This document shows positions 19,082-29,157 of a stretch of DNA of 64,000 bases, piece by piece. Position 1 is the first letter of the stretch; the number at the start of each line of letters is the position of its first letter. Under the pieces are notes generated by a model. It worked only from the letters and a program-made list of their open reading frames with translations, was not told the DNA's origin and ran no database searches. Where the stretch lies: NCBI GenBank assembly GCA_965206845.1, contig OZ242221.1, positions 1,585,951-1,649,950 on the forward strand, written 5' to 3'. This DNA comes from Cenarchaeum sp. (GTDB lineage: Archaea; Thermoproteota; Nitrososphaeria; Nitrososphaerales; Nitrosopumilaceae). Position numbers and translations under genes: made by a program.

Positions 19082-21550
19082 CTACCGCGCCGAATCTACG
19101 AACCCGGTCTCGTCGCTGTACACCCAGGCATGCGTCCACCCGCCGTCTGCTACGACCCATATGTCGTAGCTGGCCTTTTCAGAGTCGCCTGCACTGTTGA
19201 GGAATATGGTGCCTATTGCGGGATCGTGCATTTCAGCCACCGCCGGGATCTGCTCCCTTACGAGAAGGGGATCGTCCTGGCCGCCGGCAGCCTCTATCGC
19301 AAGCCCAAGCACCCACACCGCATCGTATGACGAGTATGCGTACACGTTGGCCTCCAGATCCGCATGCTCTGCAAGCCTGTCCCTTACATGCACGTACCGG
19401 TCAGTCGTGGCGTCCACGGCGAATATGGCTGCGCCAAACCGCACCGTCTCTGCAAACTCTGCAGTCCCTGCAGACACTATGTCCGCGTGCTGCGCCAGCG
19501 AGTCGGAGCCAAACCACCTGACGTCGTCAAGAACGTCGTACCCTGACGCCATATCCATAAAGCCTACGGTCTCCTCAAATCCTGCAAACACTATCCCGAT
19601 CTCGCCTGTGCTGTACATGCCCTGGTCAACGTACCGCTGCACCGTGGAGCTGAGCGCCGGCACCATCTCGGAGAACGCTTCGTCGTAGCACCCGTCCCCG
19701 TTGCACGGCATGTAGCTGCCAACCGAGATGTCCACCGCGCCGCCAGCCTCCTCAAAACTCTCAGCCGCGCTGAGGTACAGCCCGGCGCCCCAGATGTCGT
19801 CCCGCCAGACGGGGATCAGCAGCTTGCGCCCGTCCTCCTCCATGAGCCTGGCTATTACGGACCCCTGCCTGGTGTCGTCTGGGGCGAGGCGGAATATGCT
19901 GTCACCTTCGATGGCAAGGGCAGGCGATGTGGAGCAGCAGCTGAGCAGGGTCATGCCGTTCTCGTCTGCGTAGGGCTTGATCATCAGAACGCTTGAGCTG
20001 GCAGACGGTCCGGCCACAAGGCTTATTCCGTCGCTGTCGAAGGATCTCATGGCTTCTAGCGGCTCGTCGGTGCCAGGATGCGTGTGGCGTACCGCAACCT
20101 CAAGCCTCCACGGGGCGCCCTTCCCCTCCAGGTACTCGTTAAAGTCATCTGCTGCGATGCTTGTGGCCAGCATCCGCAGTATTCCGGCCCCGCCGGGGCG
20201 GTCTATCGGGGGCACGAGCGCCCCGATCCTTACCGTCTGTATGTCGTCAGGACTGCTCTTCAGGTAGTACCCGCTGCCGAATATGTAACCGTCGTGCAGC
20301 ACGAGCAGCGAGCGCTTGCGCTCGATATCGCCTGTCAGCGGATGGATGGCGTTGTGCTCCGTCCATACCTCGTCGCCCTCGCCTGCCAGTAGCGCGCCAA
20401 TCTCGGCCACGGTTCGAGTCGACTGGACCGCCTCGACATCCAGAGGGCCCAAGTCTCCCGGGCGTGTGCCATGGGCCACAATGTTGGCGTCAAAATCAAG
20501 TACATATGGGTAGTACAGCCCGTCATAGCTGCCGGTCAGGCGGTCAAGTCCCTCTTGGACTCCGCCGCTCCCGTCGTATGCTGCAATCGCCCCATCAAGC
20601 GTCCGGCGCACGTTCTGCGACGCGATCATCATGTAGCTGTCGATGCCCGCATGTCCTGCGGCCGGCTCCAGATCCAGCCCACGCCCTGCCAGGATCTCGT
20701 ACGTGGCAGAATGTAAGCAGACCGGGGTCATCCCATTCCTGACGTATAGCTCCAGCGGTTCGTTGCATCGGATGTCGTGCATGGCAGCCCCGACGCTCTG
20801 CTGCTGTCGCGGCGTGCCGTACGTGGCCTGTTTGGTTGCCGTAAGGTATACCGTGGCAGAGGCCTCGTTGCCGTCCACGCCGACTGCCACCACCTTGAAA
20901 GCGTACTCGCCGGCATCGGATACCGTCCTGCTGTTTATGTGCAGGGTGCCGTCCTTTGTGATCGTGGCAAAGCTGGGTATGCTGTAGGCGGCAGCGTCGA
21001 CAGGGTAGTACCCGCTGACAAATATGTGCCCGTCATGCTGCACATGCAGCGATAGCTTGTCTTCTATCTCGCCGGTGGCCGGGTTCAGGAACTGATAGCT
21101 TCTCCAGACATGGCCGTATGCGTCGATGAGCGCAAGGGCGCGCTCCCAAGTCGGTACGCCGTTGGCTACAGGCGGGGGGAAGGTACCCACAAGGCTGCTG
21201 TCGGTTCCGTGGGCCAGGATGATGCCATCCCTGTCGACCACAAACGGATACAGTCCGCCCGCGTACTGGGCGGCAGATATGGAATCAAAGGACGCGGCGC
21301 CAACTAGGTCGTAATCGGAGATCGTCGCATCGACCAGGGATACTACGGCAGGGTTCTGCATGTGGAATTCAAGCGCGCCGCCGTGGCCGCGGGCCTCGAA
21401 TACTGCTGCCATATCGTGTGCGGCAGACGATCCTGCAAGAACCGTATATGGGACGGGTGCCGCGGCAGACTCTGCTGATGCCGCCGCCGGGAGGCCGATC
21501 AGGAGGGAGAACGACACAAGGACCAGAATCCCCACTGCAGAGCTCACCAT
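19082..21550 (-). CDS. Secreted protein with two single-Cache domains and a C-terminal branched-chain amino acid-type substrate-binding domain
   Basis: Signal peptide; two YPxVxDxDxxIxAHG...PxTGxIExKxS...HDGxIFxSGYY units; C-terminal IRIGALVP..GPSAS..SCCSTSPAL..FRLAPDD..YDAV (LivJ-like). Confidence 0.75.
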   Translation of the reverse strand: MVSSAVGILVLVSFSLLIGLPAAASAESAAAPVPYTVLAGSSAAHDMAAVFEARGHGGALEFHMQNPAVVSLVDATISDYDLVGAASFDSISAAQYAGGLYPFVVDRDGIILAHGTDSSLVGTFPPPVANGVPTWERALALIDAYGHVWRSYQFLNPATGEIEDKLSLHVQHDGHIFVSGYYPVDAAAYSIPSFATITKDGTLHINSRTVSDAGEYAFKVVAVGVDGNEASATVYLTATKQATYGTPRQQQSVGAAMHDIRCNEPLELYVRNGMTPVCLHSATYEILAGRGLDLEPAAGHAGIDSYMMIASQNVRRTLDGAIAAYDGSGGVQEGLDRLTGSYDGLYYPYVLDFDANIVAHGTRPGDLGPLDVEAVQSTRTVAEIGALLAGEGDEVWTEHNAIHPLTGDIERKRSLLVLHDGYIFGSGYYLKSSPDDIQTVRIGALVPPIDRPGGAGILRMLATSIAADDFNEYLEGKGAPWRLEVAVRHTHPGTDEPLEAMRSFDSDGISLVAGPSASSSVLMIKPYADENGMTLLSCCSTSPALAIEGDSIFRLAPDDTRQGSVIARLMEEDGRKLLIPVWRDDIWGAGLYLSAAESFEEAGGAVDISVGSYMPCNGDGCYDEAFSEMVPALSSTVQRYVDQGMYSTGEIGIVFAGFEETVGFMDMASGYDVLDDVRWFGSDSLAQHADIVSAGTAEFAETVRFGAAIFAVDATTDRYVHVRDRLAEHADLEANVYAYSSYDAVWVLGLAIEAAGGQDDPLLVREQIPAVAEMHDPAIGTIFLNSAGDSEKASYDIWVVADGGWTHAWVYSDETGFVDSAR

Positions 21551-21779
21551 TCTGGTACGGAAGGGAGCTTTAAAAATATTTTAACTGTGGTAACCGGACC
21601 CAGATGCTCCAGGCAGGCACCATGCCCCGGCTCGCGTATGTCGGGATTGTGGCCACTGAAAAAGCCCAGGATCTTCCTGACGCAGAGCGGTATGGCAGGG
21701 GATCCGCCGTGGCCGGCAGCGGACGGGACTGCGCGGGCACCGTTACAGGCCGGTCGTTTTTATATTCACGGGCCGTGCT

Positions 21780-23708
21780 GTGGCCGTGGACGACTTTGCG
21801 TTCGAGCCGGCCCCCGGACAGCTGGAGGACTCGAACATCTTTCGGTTCATGAAGGGGCACGGAATCCAGTCCCTAGAGAAGCTCTCCGAGAGGGCCGCAA
21901 GGGATCCCGCATGGTTCTGGGAGGCGGTATCTCAGGATGCCGGCATCATGTGGACAGAGCCCTATGATGTGATCCTGGATGACTCCCGGGGGATCGCCCA
22001 GTCCAAGTGGTTTACCGGCGGCCGTACCAACATATACCTGTCATCTGTGGCAAGGTTTGCCCGGCTGAGCCCGGACAGGGTGGCGTACCACTTTGTATCC
22101 GAGGACGGGCAGACCTCCAGCGTCACGTACGCGGAGCTTGACGAGCGGGTGGGCCGCCTTGCCAACGGGCTGCGATCCCTGGGACTGAAGAAGGGGGACG
22201 CGGTGGGAATATTCCTTCCAATGATCCAGGAGGCCGTGCTAGCGGTGCTTGCCGCGGCAAGGGTTGGCGCGGTATCCGTGGTGGTCTTCTCCGGGTACGG
22301 CCACGAGTCCCTCCGGACCAGGCTGCAGGATTCTGGCGCCAGGGTGCTGATCGCTTGTGACGGGTTTGACCGGCGGGGGCTACCCGTCAGCCAGAGAACC
22401 ATAGTAAAGGACGCCGTTCGGGGAACCGGCATCAGGGTGGTGATTGTGCCGTATCGGGGCCACGACAGGTACGACAGATCCGATCACATCGTGCCGTACG
22501 GGGATCTGATGGATCGGAGTCCCGAATGCAGCACCGAGGTCATGGGTGCCGAGGATCCGCTCTTTGTCCTGTACACCTCGGGCACCACGGGCCGCCCAAA
22601 GGGAACGGTGCAGGTTCATGGCGGCTTTTCCGTGTTTGCAGCCCACCAGGCGCTCTACCTGACGGACATGAGAGGCAGTGACGTCCTGCTCTGGCCTGCG
22701 GATATTGGCTGGATCACCGGTCTGGTGTGGAACGTGTACGGGCTCTTGCTTGCCGGCGCCACCGCGGTGATCTACGACGGGGCTCTGGATTATCCCCACA
22801 GCGGTCGCATCTGGGACATGCTGCAGCGGTACGGCGTTACAATATTTGGCACGTCGCCCACCGCAGTACGCCTGCTGCGCAAAAGCGGTGCAGAACCGCC
22901 CGCGCATCTGGACGGGATCCGCCTGATTACGACAACCGGCGAGCCCATAGACCGGGACTCCTGGTGGTGGCTGTTTGAGAAGGTGGGCCAAACCCGGGTG
23001 CCGGTAGTGAACCTGTCCGGGGGCACCGAGGTGGGGGGCGCCATGCTGTCTGTCTTTGCAGGAATGAGGCTTCGGCCCTGTACGGTGGGCGTGCCGTGCC
23101 CGGGAATGAACCTGGATGTGGTTGATGAGAACGGCAGGCCGGTTACGGGCCAGAAGGGATATCTGGTCATCCGATCCCCGTGGCCTGCCATGACCCGGGG
23201 GCTGCTCAATAGTCCCGGCACGTACATGCAGACGTACTGGTCGCGCTTTGAGAACGTGTGGTTCCACGGGGACTATGTGCTGAGGGACAATGACGGCCTC
23301 TGGTACATGCAGGGGCGGGCAGACGAGATCATCAAGGTGTCCGGACACAGACTCGGCACCGCAGAGATCGAGGAGTGTGTCGCCGACTGCGGCGCGGTAC
23401 ACGAGGCGGCCGCCGTCTCGGTTCCCGATGGGACCACCGGCGAGGCCATCGCGGTCTTTGTGGTGGCAGACGGCAGCAGGGGCCTTGAGGCAGCGGTCTC
23501 TGACTGCATCGCGCAGAGGATAGGAAAGATGGCCCGCCCCAAGATGGTGATCCGCCTCTCTGGGTTGCCCCGGACGCGAACCGGCAAGATCATGCGGCGG
23601 CTGCTGCGCGCCCGGCTGCTGGGCCAGCCGGCAGGGGATCTGTCGGCCCTGGAAAATCCCCGCGTACTAGACGAGGTGTCCCCAATGGCATCTACCGGAG
23701 CGCCCTGA
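21780..23708 (+). CDS. AMP-forming acyl-CoA synthetase (acetyl-CoA synthetase family)
   Basis: YTSGTTGRPKG, ADIGWITG, SGGTE, GRADEIIKVSGHRLG and PRTRTGKIMRR motifs. Confidence 0.9.
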   Translation: MAVDDFAFEPAPGQLEDSNIFRFMKGHGIQSLEKLSERAARDPAWFWEAVSQDAGIMWTEPYDVILDDSRGIAQSKWFTGGRTNIYLSSVARFARLSPDRVAYHFVSEDGQTSSVTYAELDERVGRLANGLRSLGLKKGDAVGIFLPMIQEAVLAVLAAARVGAVSVVVFSGYGHESLRTRLQDSGARVLIACDGFDRRGLPVSQRTIVKDAVRGTGIRVVIVPYRGHDRYDRSDHIVPYGDLMDRSPECSTEVMGAEDPLFVLYTSGTTGRPKGTVQVHGGFSVFAAHQALYLTDMRGSDVLLWPADIGWITGLVWNVYGLLLAGATAVIYDGALDYPHSGRIWDMLQRYGVTIFGTSPTAVRLLRKSGAEPPAHLDGIRLITTTGEPIDRDSWWWLFEKVGQTRVPVVNLSGGTEVGGAMLSVFAGMRLRPCTVGVPCPGMNLDVVDENGRPVTGQKGYLVIRSPWPAMTRGLLNSPGTYMQTYWSRFENVWFHGDYVLRDNDGLWYMQGRADEIIKVSGHRLGTAEIEECVADCGAVHEAAAVSVPDGTTGEAIAVFVVADGSRGLEAAVSDCIAQRIGKMARPKMVIRLSGLPRTRTGKIMRRLLRARLLGQPAGDLSALENPRVLDEVSPMASTGAP

Positions 23709-24927
23709 TCTCGTTTGCCACCAGCAGCAGAAACGCGCCCACATCGGTCACAACCCCCAGGGCTTGCCATGTCCCACGATCCATCAGCTTGGTGACGGTT
23801 GACTGGTTGATGTCCATGACGATCACCTTGACGTCTGCGGGCAGCATGTTGCCAGTGGCTATGGAGTGAAGCATGGTGGATGCCATTATGACCATCTCTG
23901 CATCCTTTACAATCTTCTTGTACTGGCGCTGGGCCTCGACCACGTCTGTGATTACATCTGGCAGCGGGCCGTCGTCCCGTATGGAGCCTGCAAGTACAAA
24001 CGGCACCCCGTTTTTTACGCACTCGTACATTATTCCGCTCTTGAGCCTGCCTGTCCTGACCATGTCTGGGATGGATCCGGCCTTGAAGACAGAGTTGACT
24101 GCGTCTATGTGGTTTCGGTGCCCGCGGATTGCCAGCGTGCCGTCTATGATGTTCATGCCAAGGGAGGTGCCCATGGTGGCGTACTCGATGTCGTGAACGG
24201 CCAGCGCGTTGCCTGCCAGCAGTCCCTGGATGTATCCGCCCCTGATGAGCTCCGCCACCATGTCTGCGGCGCCTGTGTGCACTATAGCCGGCCCTCCCAC
24301 GAGTATGATCTTTCCGCCGGCCTTCCTTGTCTTTATGATGTCCGCTGCCACCTGCCTTGCTATGTTCCGGGTGGGGCGCTCGCTGGAGCTTCCGCTGCCC
24401 ATAAACTCAAAGACGTTCATGGCCCCCCTGGGCCTCTCCGGCGGAACGATCATGATCCCCTCCTCTCCTACAACGATCATGTCACCCCGCCTGACGTCCC
24501 TGATGGGAACGCAGGTCGCGTAGCCGTCCTGCACCACGACGCACTTGTCCATCATCGTGTTGTCGACATCGATCCATTTGCCCCCGTGGAAGATGCGCGT
24601 CCTGTTGTTTGTGGTGCTGTAAAAGTTGTCTGGCATGACCATGTCCCTGGCGGCCTCCTCCAGGCGGACCTCCCGCGGCGTGCGGGTGGTGGCTCCCTCG
24701 CGGTAGACCTCTGCCAGAATCTTGTCCAGCTGGTTCTGGGTGTCTGCCTGGATCATCAGTCTGGCAAAGCTTGCATCCTGCTTCCTCTTGCCTGTGGTCA
24801 TCTCAAGGATCTCGTATGCGCCGCCCAGCTCCATCACCACATCCATTATCTTGGAGAGTATGGACGAGTCGATGAGGTGCCCGCGAATCTCCACATTCTG
24901 CCGAAATTCCATCGTCACATCACCCAC
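23692..24927 (-). CDS. TIGR00300 / LOR-SDH family protein (ornithine cyclodeaminase-type)
   Basis: GHLIDS, PDNFYSTTN, GNALAVHDIE, LAGSIRDDGPLPD and MLHSIATGNM motifs. Confidence 0.88.
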   Translation of the reverse strand: MGDVTMEFRQNVEIRGHLIDSSILSKIMDVVMELGGAYEILEMTTGKRKQDASFARLMIQADTQNQLDKILAEVYREGATTRTPREVRLEEAARDMVMPDNFYSTTNNRTRIFHGGKWIDVDNTMMDKCVVVQDGYATCVPIRDVRRGDMIVVGEEGIMIVPPERPRGAMNVFEFMGSGSSSERPTRNIARQVAADIIKTRKAGGKIILVGGPAIVHTGAADMVAELIRGGYIQGLLAGNALAVHDIEYATMGTSLGMNIIDGTLAIRGHRNHIDAVNSVFKAGSIPDMVRTGRLKSGIMYECVKNGVPFVLAGSIRDDGPLPDVITDVVEAQRQYKKIVKDAEMVIMASTMLHSIATGNMLPADVKVIVMDINQSTVTKLMDRGTWQALGVVTDVGAFLLLVANEIRALR

Positions 24928-25009
24928 ATGTGCATGCTAACTAAAGTTTTGCTCCTGCGCACACGGGGACGTCTTCATCCGGAGTCTTCTGCGTGGCGCG
25001 CGCCGCCTG

Positions 25010-25333
25010 TCATATGGGCAGTATTACACGTCCCTTGAACTCAGGAACGTTGTCAGATGCAAAGGATCTGGCAAGCTCCTCCCTCTGCTCGTGGGCCACG
25101 CCCTGCACCAGTGCCTTTGACACTCCCTTCCTGTCCACGATTGCCAGAATGTACCCGCTGGTGTCGGTGAGCACAAAGCCGGCCGATTCGTCCACAAAAG
25201 CATAGAGGTTCTCCTCGCCAACCGGCTCCCAGACGTTGGTTTTGTTGTCCACAAGCGCCAGTGCCGGCATGGCCCTGCCGCCGGTGTACCGGTTGAGATA
25301 CTCCCTGGCCTGCGCCACTCTCTTCTGACCCAT
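25010..25333 (-). CDS. Hypothetical protein (MGQKRVAQAREYL...)
   Basis: The C-terminal part of the 189-aa ORF is protein-like; ATG at 25333. Confidence 0.65.
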   Translation of the reverse strand: MGQKRVAQAREYLNRYTGGRAMPALALVDNKTNVWEPVGEENLYAFVDESAGFVLTDTSGYILAIVDRKGVSKALVQGVAHEQREELARSFASDNVPEFKGRVILPI

Positions 25334-25610
25334 CCTAAGCGCGGCAAAGTACTGCAACGTCACTTTTTGTCCCGCAGTTGTAAAAAATGTATCTGAGGTA
25401 CGGGGGTGTGGTGCCAGGCCCCACTTCGTTCGGATGTGGGCCAGCACATCCGGGAGCGCCTTCACGCCTGTCCCGGTGCGGCAGGCTACCTCCCGCCAAC
25501 GGGTGGCCAAGGACGGGCATATGCCTGCGAGGCCGAATGCGGAACCATACGTCCATGGGAACCCGGGCACAATCCGCATGAGATAAAGCCTGCCGTGCCC
25601 ATCCGGATGT

Positions 25611-26183
25611 GTGAAGATCTATACCGGAACCGGAGATGACGGCACCACGGGACTGCGTGGCGGCAGAAGGGTATCTAAGGGCAGCGCAAGGATCCTGGCG
25701 TACGGAGCCGTAGACGAGGCAAACTCTGTTCTCGGCGCGGTGCTCTCGTGCGGTTCAGATCCGGACATCACATCCCTGCTGACCAGAATTCAGAGCGATC
25801 TGTTTGTCGCGGGGGCGGATCTGTCCAGTCCCGATCTGTCCGCACTTGGAAACAGGATAAGCCCCGCAATGGTGGGGGATATGGAGGCTGCCATAGACAG
25901 GTACGAGGAGGATCTGCCACCGCTCTCCAACTTTATCCTGCCCGGTGGAGGCCAGGATGCGGCGCTCATCCACCTGGCAAGGACGGTGGTTCGTAGGGCA
26001 GAGGCCATGGCCGTGACCTTGGCGGAGAGTGAGGCGGTGAACCGCAGCTGCGTCATGTACCTCAACCGGCTCTCTGATCTGCTCTTTGTTCTTGCCAGAA
26101 CTGTCAACCGTCGCAGCGGTATCCCGGACGTAATCTGGCGGCCACAGGGAACCGGGCCGACCCCGTCGAACGCAGAACCATAG
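25611..26183 (+). CDS. ATP:cob(I)alamin adenosyltransferase, PduO type
   Basis: KIYTGTGDDGTT, AYGAVDEANS, FILPGG, RRAE and YLNRLSDLLF motifs. Confidence 0.92.
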   Translation: MKIYTGTGDDGTTGLRGGRRVSKGSARILAYGAVDEANSVLGAVLSCGSDPDITSLLTRIQSDLFVAGADLSSPDLSALGNRISPAMVGDMEAAIDRYEEDLPPLSNFILPGGGQDAALIHLARTVVRRAEAMAVTLAESEAVNRSCVMYLNRLSDLLFVLARTVNRRSGIPDVIWRPQGTGPTPSNAEP

Positions 26184-26222
26184 AGAACACATTTTAATTC
26201 CCATCTTAGGAAGCTCTGCTGT

Positions 26223-26299
26223 GCCAGGGTAGCTCAGCCCGGGAGAGCACTCGGCTGAAGACCGAGCTGTCGCGCGTTCAAATCCCGCCCCTGGCACCA
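26223..26299 (+). tRNA. tRNA-Phe (GAA), CCA encoded
   Basis: Acceptor GCCAGGG/CCCTGGC, anticodon arm CTCGG-CTGAAGA-CCGAG, T-loop TTCAAAT. Confidence 0.95.
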
Positions 26300-26798
26300 T
26301 CCTGTAAACGCCGACAGACGGAGCCATCCTCGGGCTCGGCCTGAATCCAGCGGGTCTGGATTTGGCGCTCCGAGAAAGCGGTTCCCCTATAGCGCCGACT
26401 AAAAGTTCTTGCAGAATCCACGAATCATTTCAGTTAGGCTTCCCTGCAAAGCCACATACCAGAACGTTATGTCTGCCAAGATTAGGAACGGATTAGGCGG
26501 CAATTGTCAATGGCTGGTGTCCATGTTTGAGACAAACGTGATCGAAGCCAGCGATATACTCTGCAGGAACTTTCGATCGGCGCTATAGGACCTGCCACCG
26601 GCCTGCTGGCTGCGAACCCGCGTGCAGTGCGGGCGTTTGTCCAGATCCCACAGCCCGTTCTTTCTGGCGGAGCTGCGGGATTGACACGGGCACGATGACG
26701 CGTATTCAGGGGAGCGTTCACGCCTGGCACAGGATGGCAGGGGATCTAGCATGCGGCCAGTTAGGTATTCTTTAATACCAAGCCCTACAATTCAAGGT

Positions 26799-26921
26799 AT
26801 GGACAAAGTAAGGTGCCCGTATTGCGAGTCTGACTTTGACGATCGGGAGGAGCTCTCAAAGCACATTGACAGAATTCATCACGGTTCGGGTCTGCTTGAA
26901 GGCGACGCCAGAAAGTTTTAG
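26799..26921 (+). CDS. Small C2H2 zinc-finger protein (40 aa)
   Basis: MDKVRCPYCESDFDDREELSKHIDRIHHGSGLLEGD = C-x2-C-x12-H-x4-H; TATA-like tttaata at 26771. Confidence 0.75.
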   Translation: MDKVRCPYCESDFDDREELSKHIDRIHHGSGLLEGDARKF

Positions 26922-26923
26922 AG

Positions 26924-27493
26924 TTGTCCGATACATTTCTTGACTCCCTTCTCCGCCTAAAGTGTGTTCCAAGGCAGGGCTGGATCGACAGGCTGCAGAT
27001 CCACAATCCAGAATCCGTGGCGGATCACTCCTACTCGGTGGCCGCCATGTCCATGCTTCTTGCCGATGCCGCAGGCCTTGACACAGAGAGGGTAATCAGG
27101 ATGGCGCTGGTGCACGACCTGGCCGAATCGCTCACAGGCGACATGGTGCCTGGTAGCACCGCCAAGGAGAGCAAGAGAGCGCTGGAGGACGGAGCCATGA
27201 GAGAGATACTGCAGGATGTGCCGGGAGAGCAGAGGCTGCTGTACCTCCGGATGTGGAACGAGTACCAGAGAAACGAGACGCAAGAGGCGCAGTTTCTGCA
27301 CCAGGTTGACAAGCTGGAGATGGCCCTGCAGGCTGACCGCTATCTGCAGGACGGGGCAGCCCCGGAGGCGATCATGCCATTTCTGGATACGGCAGATCGC
27401 AAGATTACAAACCCGGACATTCGCAAGATTTTCAACATGCTGCTTGTGAAACACCGTGGATGGGGGCATTGTCAGACGAGAAAGACCACCTGA
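26924..27493 (+). CDS. HD-domain hydrolase (YfbR/HDDC2-like)
   Basis: LKCVPRQGW, ESVADHS, HDLAESLTGD and DKLEM motifs. Confidence 0.88.
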   Translation: MSDTFLDSLLRLKCVPRQGWIDRLQIHNPESVADHSYSVAAMSMLLADAAGLDTERVIRMALVHDLAESLTGDMVPGSTAKESKRALEDGAMREILQDVPGEQRLLYLRMWNEYQRNETQEAQFLHQVDKLEMALQADRYLQDGAAPEAIMPFLDTADRKITNPDIRKIFNMLLVKHRGWGHCQTRKTT

Positions 27494-27696
27494 TCGAGAC
27501 GCAAAAACAGGTGATCGGAATGCTGTTTGAGATCGTCAAGCGGTTTCAGAGGAACAACGACCTTGATCAGGAATACTTTCAGATTATTGTGTCCGGCAGG
27601 TCAAAGGACAGCGCCGGGAGGCTGGCGGAGATCAAAAAGGAGCGCGGCGACAACGCCCAGATCATAGGCAGACTTTTAGAGCAGCTGGATGTCTAG
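27460..27696 (+). CDS. Small helical hypothetical protein
   Basis: Coiled-coil-like ORF overlapping the 3' end of the HD gene. Confidence 0.6.
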   Translation: MGALSDEKDHLIETQKQVIGMLFEIVKRFQRNNDLDQEYFQIIVSGRSKDSAGRLAEIKKERGDNAQIIGRLLEQLDV

Positions 27697-28001
27697 CTTT
27701 CGCAGCTGCACGAGTCGGAACCGTCTGGGATCATCCTGAATCGGTTGGCCTGCTCATGCCGGCTCTGCGCGTAGTGGGATATGTTGACAAGCCGCATGCG
27801 TACCTGCTTGCTCTTCCAGCTGCCCTCGTTCTGCAGCCACGCCTCGATCTCATCGACATCATAAAACTCCCCGCCCTCTAGTATCTCAAGAAAGATCCTC
27901 TTGATCTCTGCAGCTTCCAGGTCTCCGAGGGATCTCTTGTCCACAACCATGCCGGTAATCTCGTTCAGCCTGATTATGATACCATTGGAGAGAGGCAACA
28001 C
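27693..28001 (-). CDS. Hypothetical protein
   Basis: Protein-like ORF ending SCSCES; TATA-like element at ~28020. Confidence 0.6.
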   Translation of the reverse strand: MLPLSNGIIIRLNEITGMVVDKRSLGDLEAAEIKRIFLEILEGGEFYDVDEIEAWLQNEGSWKSKQVRMRLVNISHYAQSRHEQANRFRMIPDGSDSCSCES

Positions 28002-28187
28002 CCATGTTGGATGGCCACTGTATAACTATTTTTAGCAAAGGCGGCTGCGCACCGCAGTATGCCGTGCACCTAGACGGCCGCATACCGACAAAGTGCCACC
28101 GATCCCCGGCTGTGTGGGGACAAACCACGTGGCCGGGCACACAAGCGCATACTTTAAATCTACTACTTCATTTTGTTTTTGCGATTT

Positions 28188-28484
28188 ATGACGGAAAAAA
28201 AACGAGCAAAACCTACGGGGCAGAAGACCAGATCCGGGGAGGGTTCCTCTACGGGAACCGGAACTGTGCCCGAGGATGCAACCAGAAGACCTGTATGGAG
28301 GAAGAGTAGCTTCGCACCTAAAAAGGCCTCAAAGTCTGCAAAAAAACCGGAGCCTAGGGAGGAGGCGCCGTCTGATGACGGACTCATCATAGTGGATGAG
28401 GCGCCGCTCATAGACCGGGAGCGGATAAACGAGGAGCGGCGGGCCTACCTTGAAGAGGCAAGATCGCAAGAGGCCTTTGACTGA
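28188..28484 (+). CDS. Hypothetical Lys-rich/acidic small protein
   Basis: ATG downstream of tttaaat (28153); C-terminus ERRAYLEEARSQEAFD. Confidence 0.55.
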   Translation: MTEKKRAKPTGQKTRSGEGSSTGTGTVPEDATRRPVWRKSSFAPKKASKSAKKPEPREEAPSDDGLIIVDEAPLIDRERINEERRAYLEEARSQEAFD

Positions 28485-28869
28485 GCGGCACCGGTAGGCT
28501 GTGGCTACCCATGTCGACTGCTAAGACACATGTGCAGTCTGATGAAGACGCGGTGCGTCCGGGAGACTGCCTGCGCTTTTTGCCTGCAAAGCGCCAGCCT
28601 CTTTTGCAAATGCAAGCGATGCCTAACCTGCCCGCCACGTTTCTGACTCTGCGTCTGCCTCGACTCCAATTGCGGAGTCTGGGGGCCGGTCTTGGGGTCA
28701 CATACGGCATACCGGCGCGACGTTTTGGGCTAGTACGGGCATGGGCGATACGGTTGTCGTAGGAGGCAGGATCCGTAGCATGCGTGGGATGGGAGCGGTC
28801 AGTTCGCCACGTACTCTTGCAGAACTGGCGCCACTAGGAATTAAATAACACATCTGCCCACATGTGGCC

Positions 28870-29157
28870 GTGTCTATATCTAGGAAAGAGTTTTTTGCAG
28901 CCTCCCCTCCGCCTAGTGACATATCTGGCGCCATCATGGAATGTCTGAGACTGCATCAGGATGAGGCGTAGACCTGCTTCAAAATCTATTATACGATTAA
29001 AGATCTCTCGCCCGCTGTGGGGGAGAGCATAGACCAGAACAAGGTCCAGTCCGCGCTGGCAGAGTTGGTTCGTAGCGGCAAGGTGGTGGCTAAGGCGATA
29101 CTGCCGAGGCGCGGTGACGCTGACACGTTCTATACCCTGCCCAAGGAGTCGGGCTGA
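28870..29157 (+). pseudogene. Winged-helix-like small protein interrupted by one in-frame TAG (28969-28971)
   Basis: VSISRKEFF...MECLRLHQDEA*TCFKI...VQSALAELVRSGKV...TFYTL reads through in one frame; TATA-like attaaata upstream. Confidence 0.55.
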
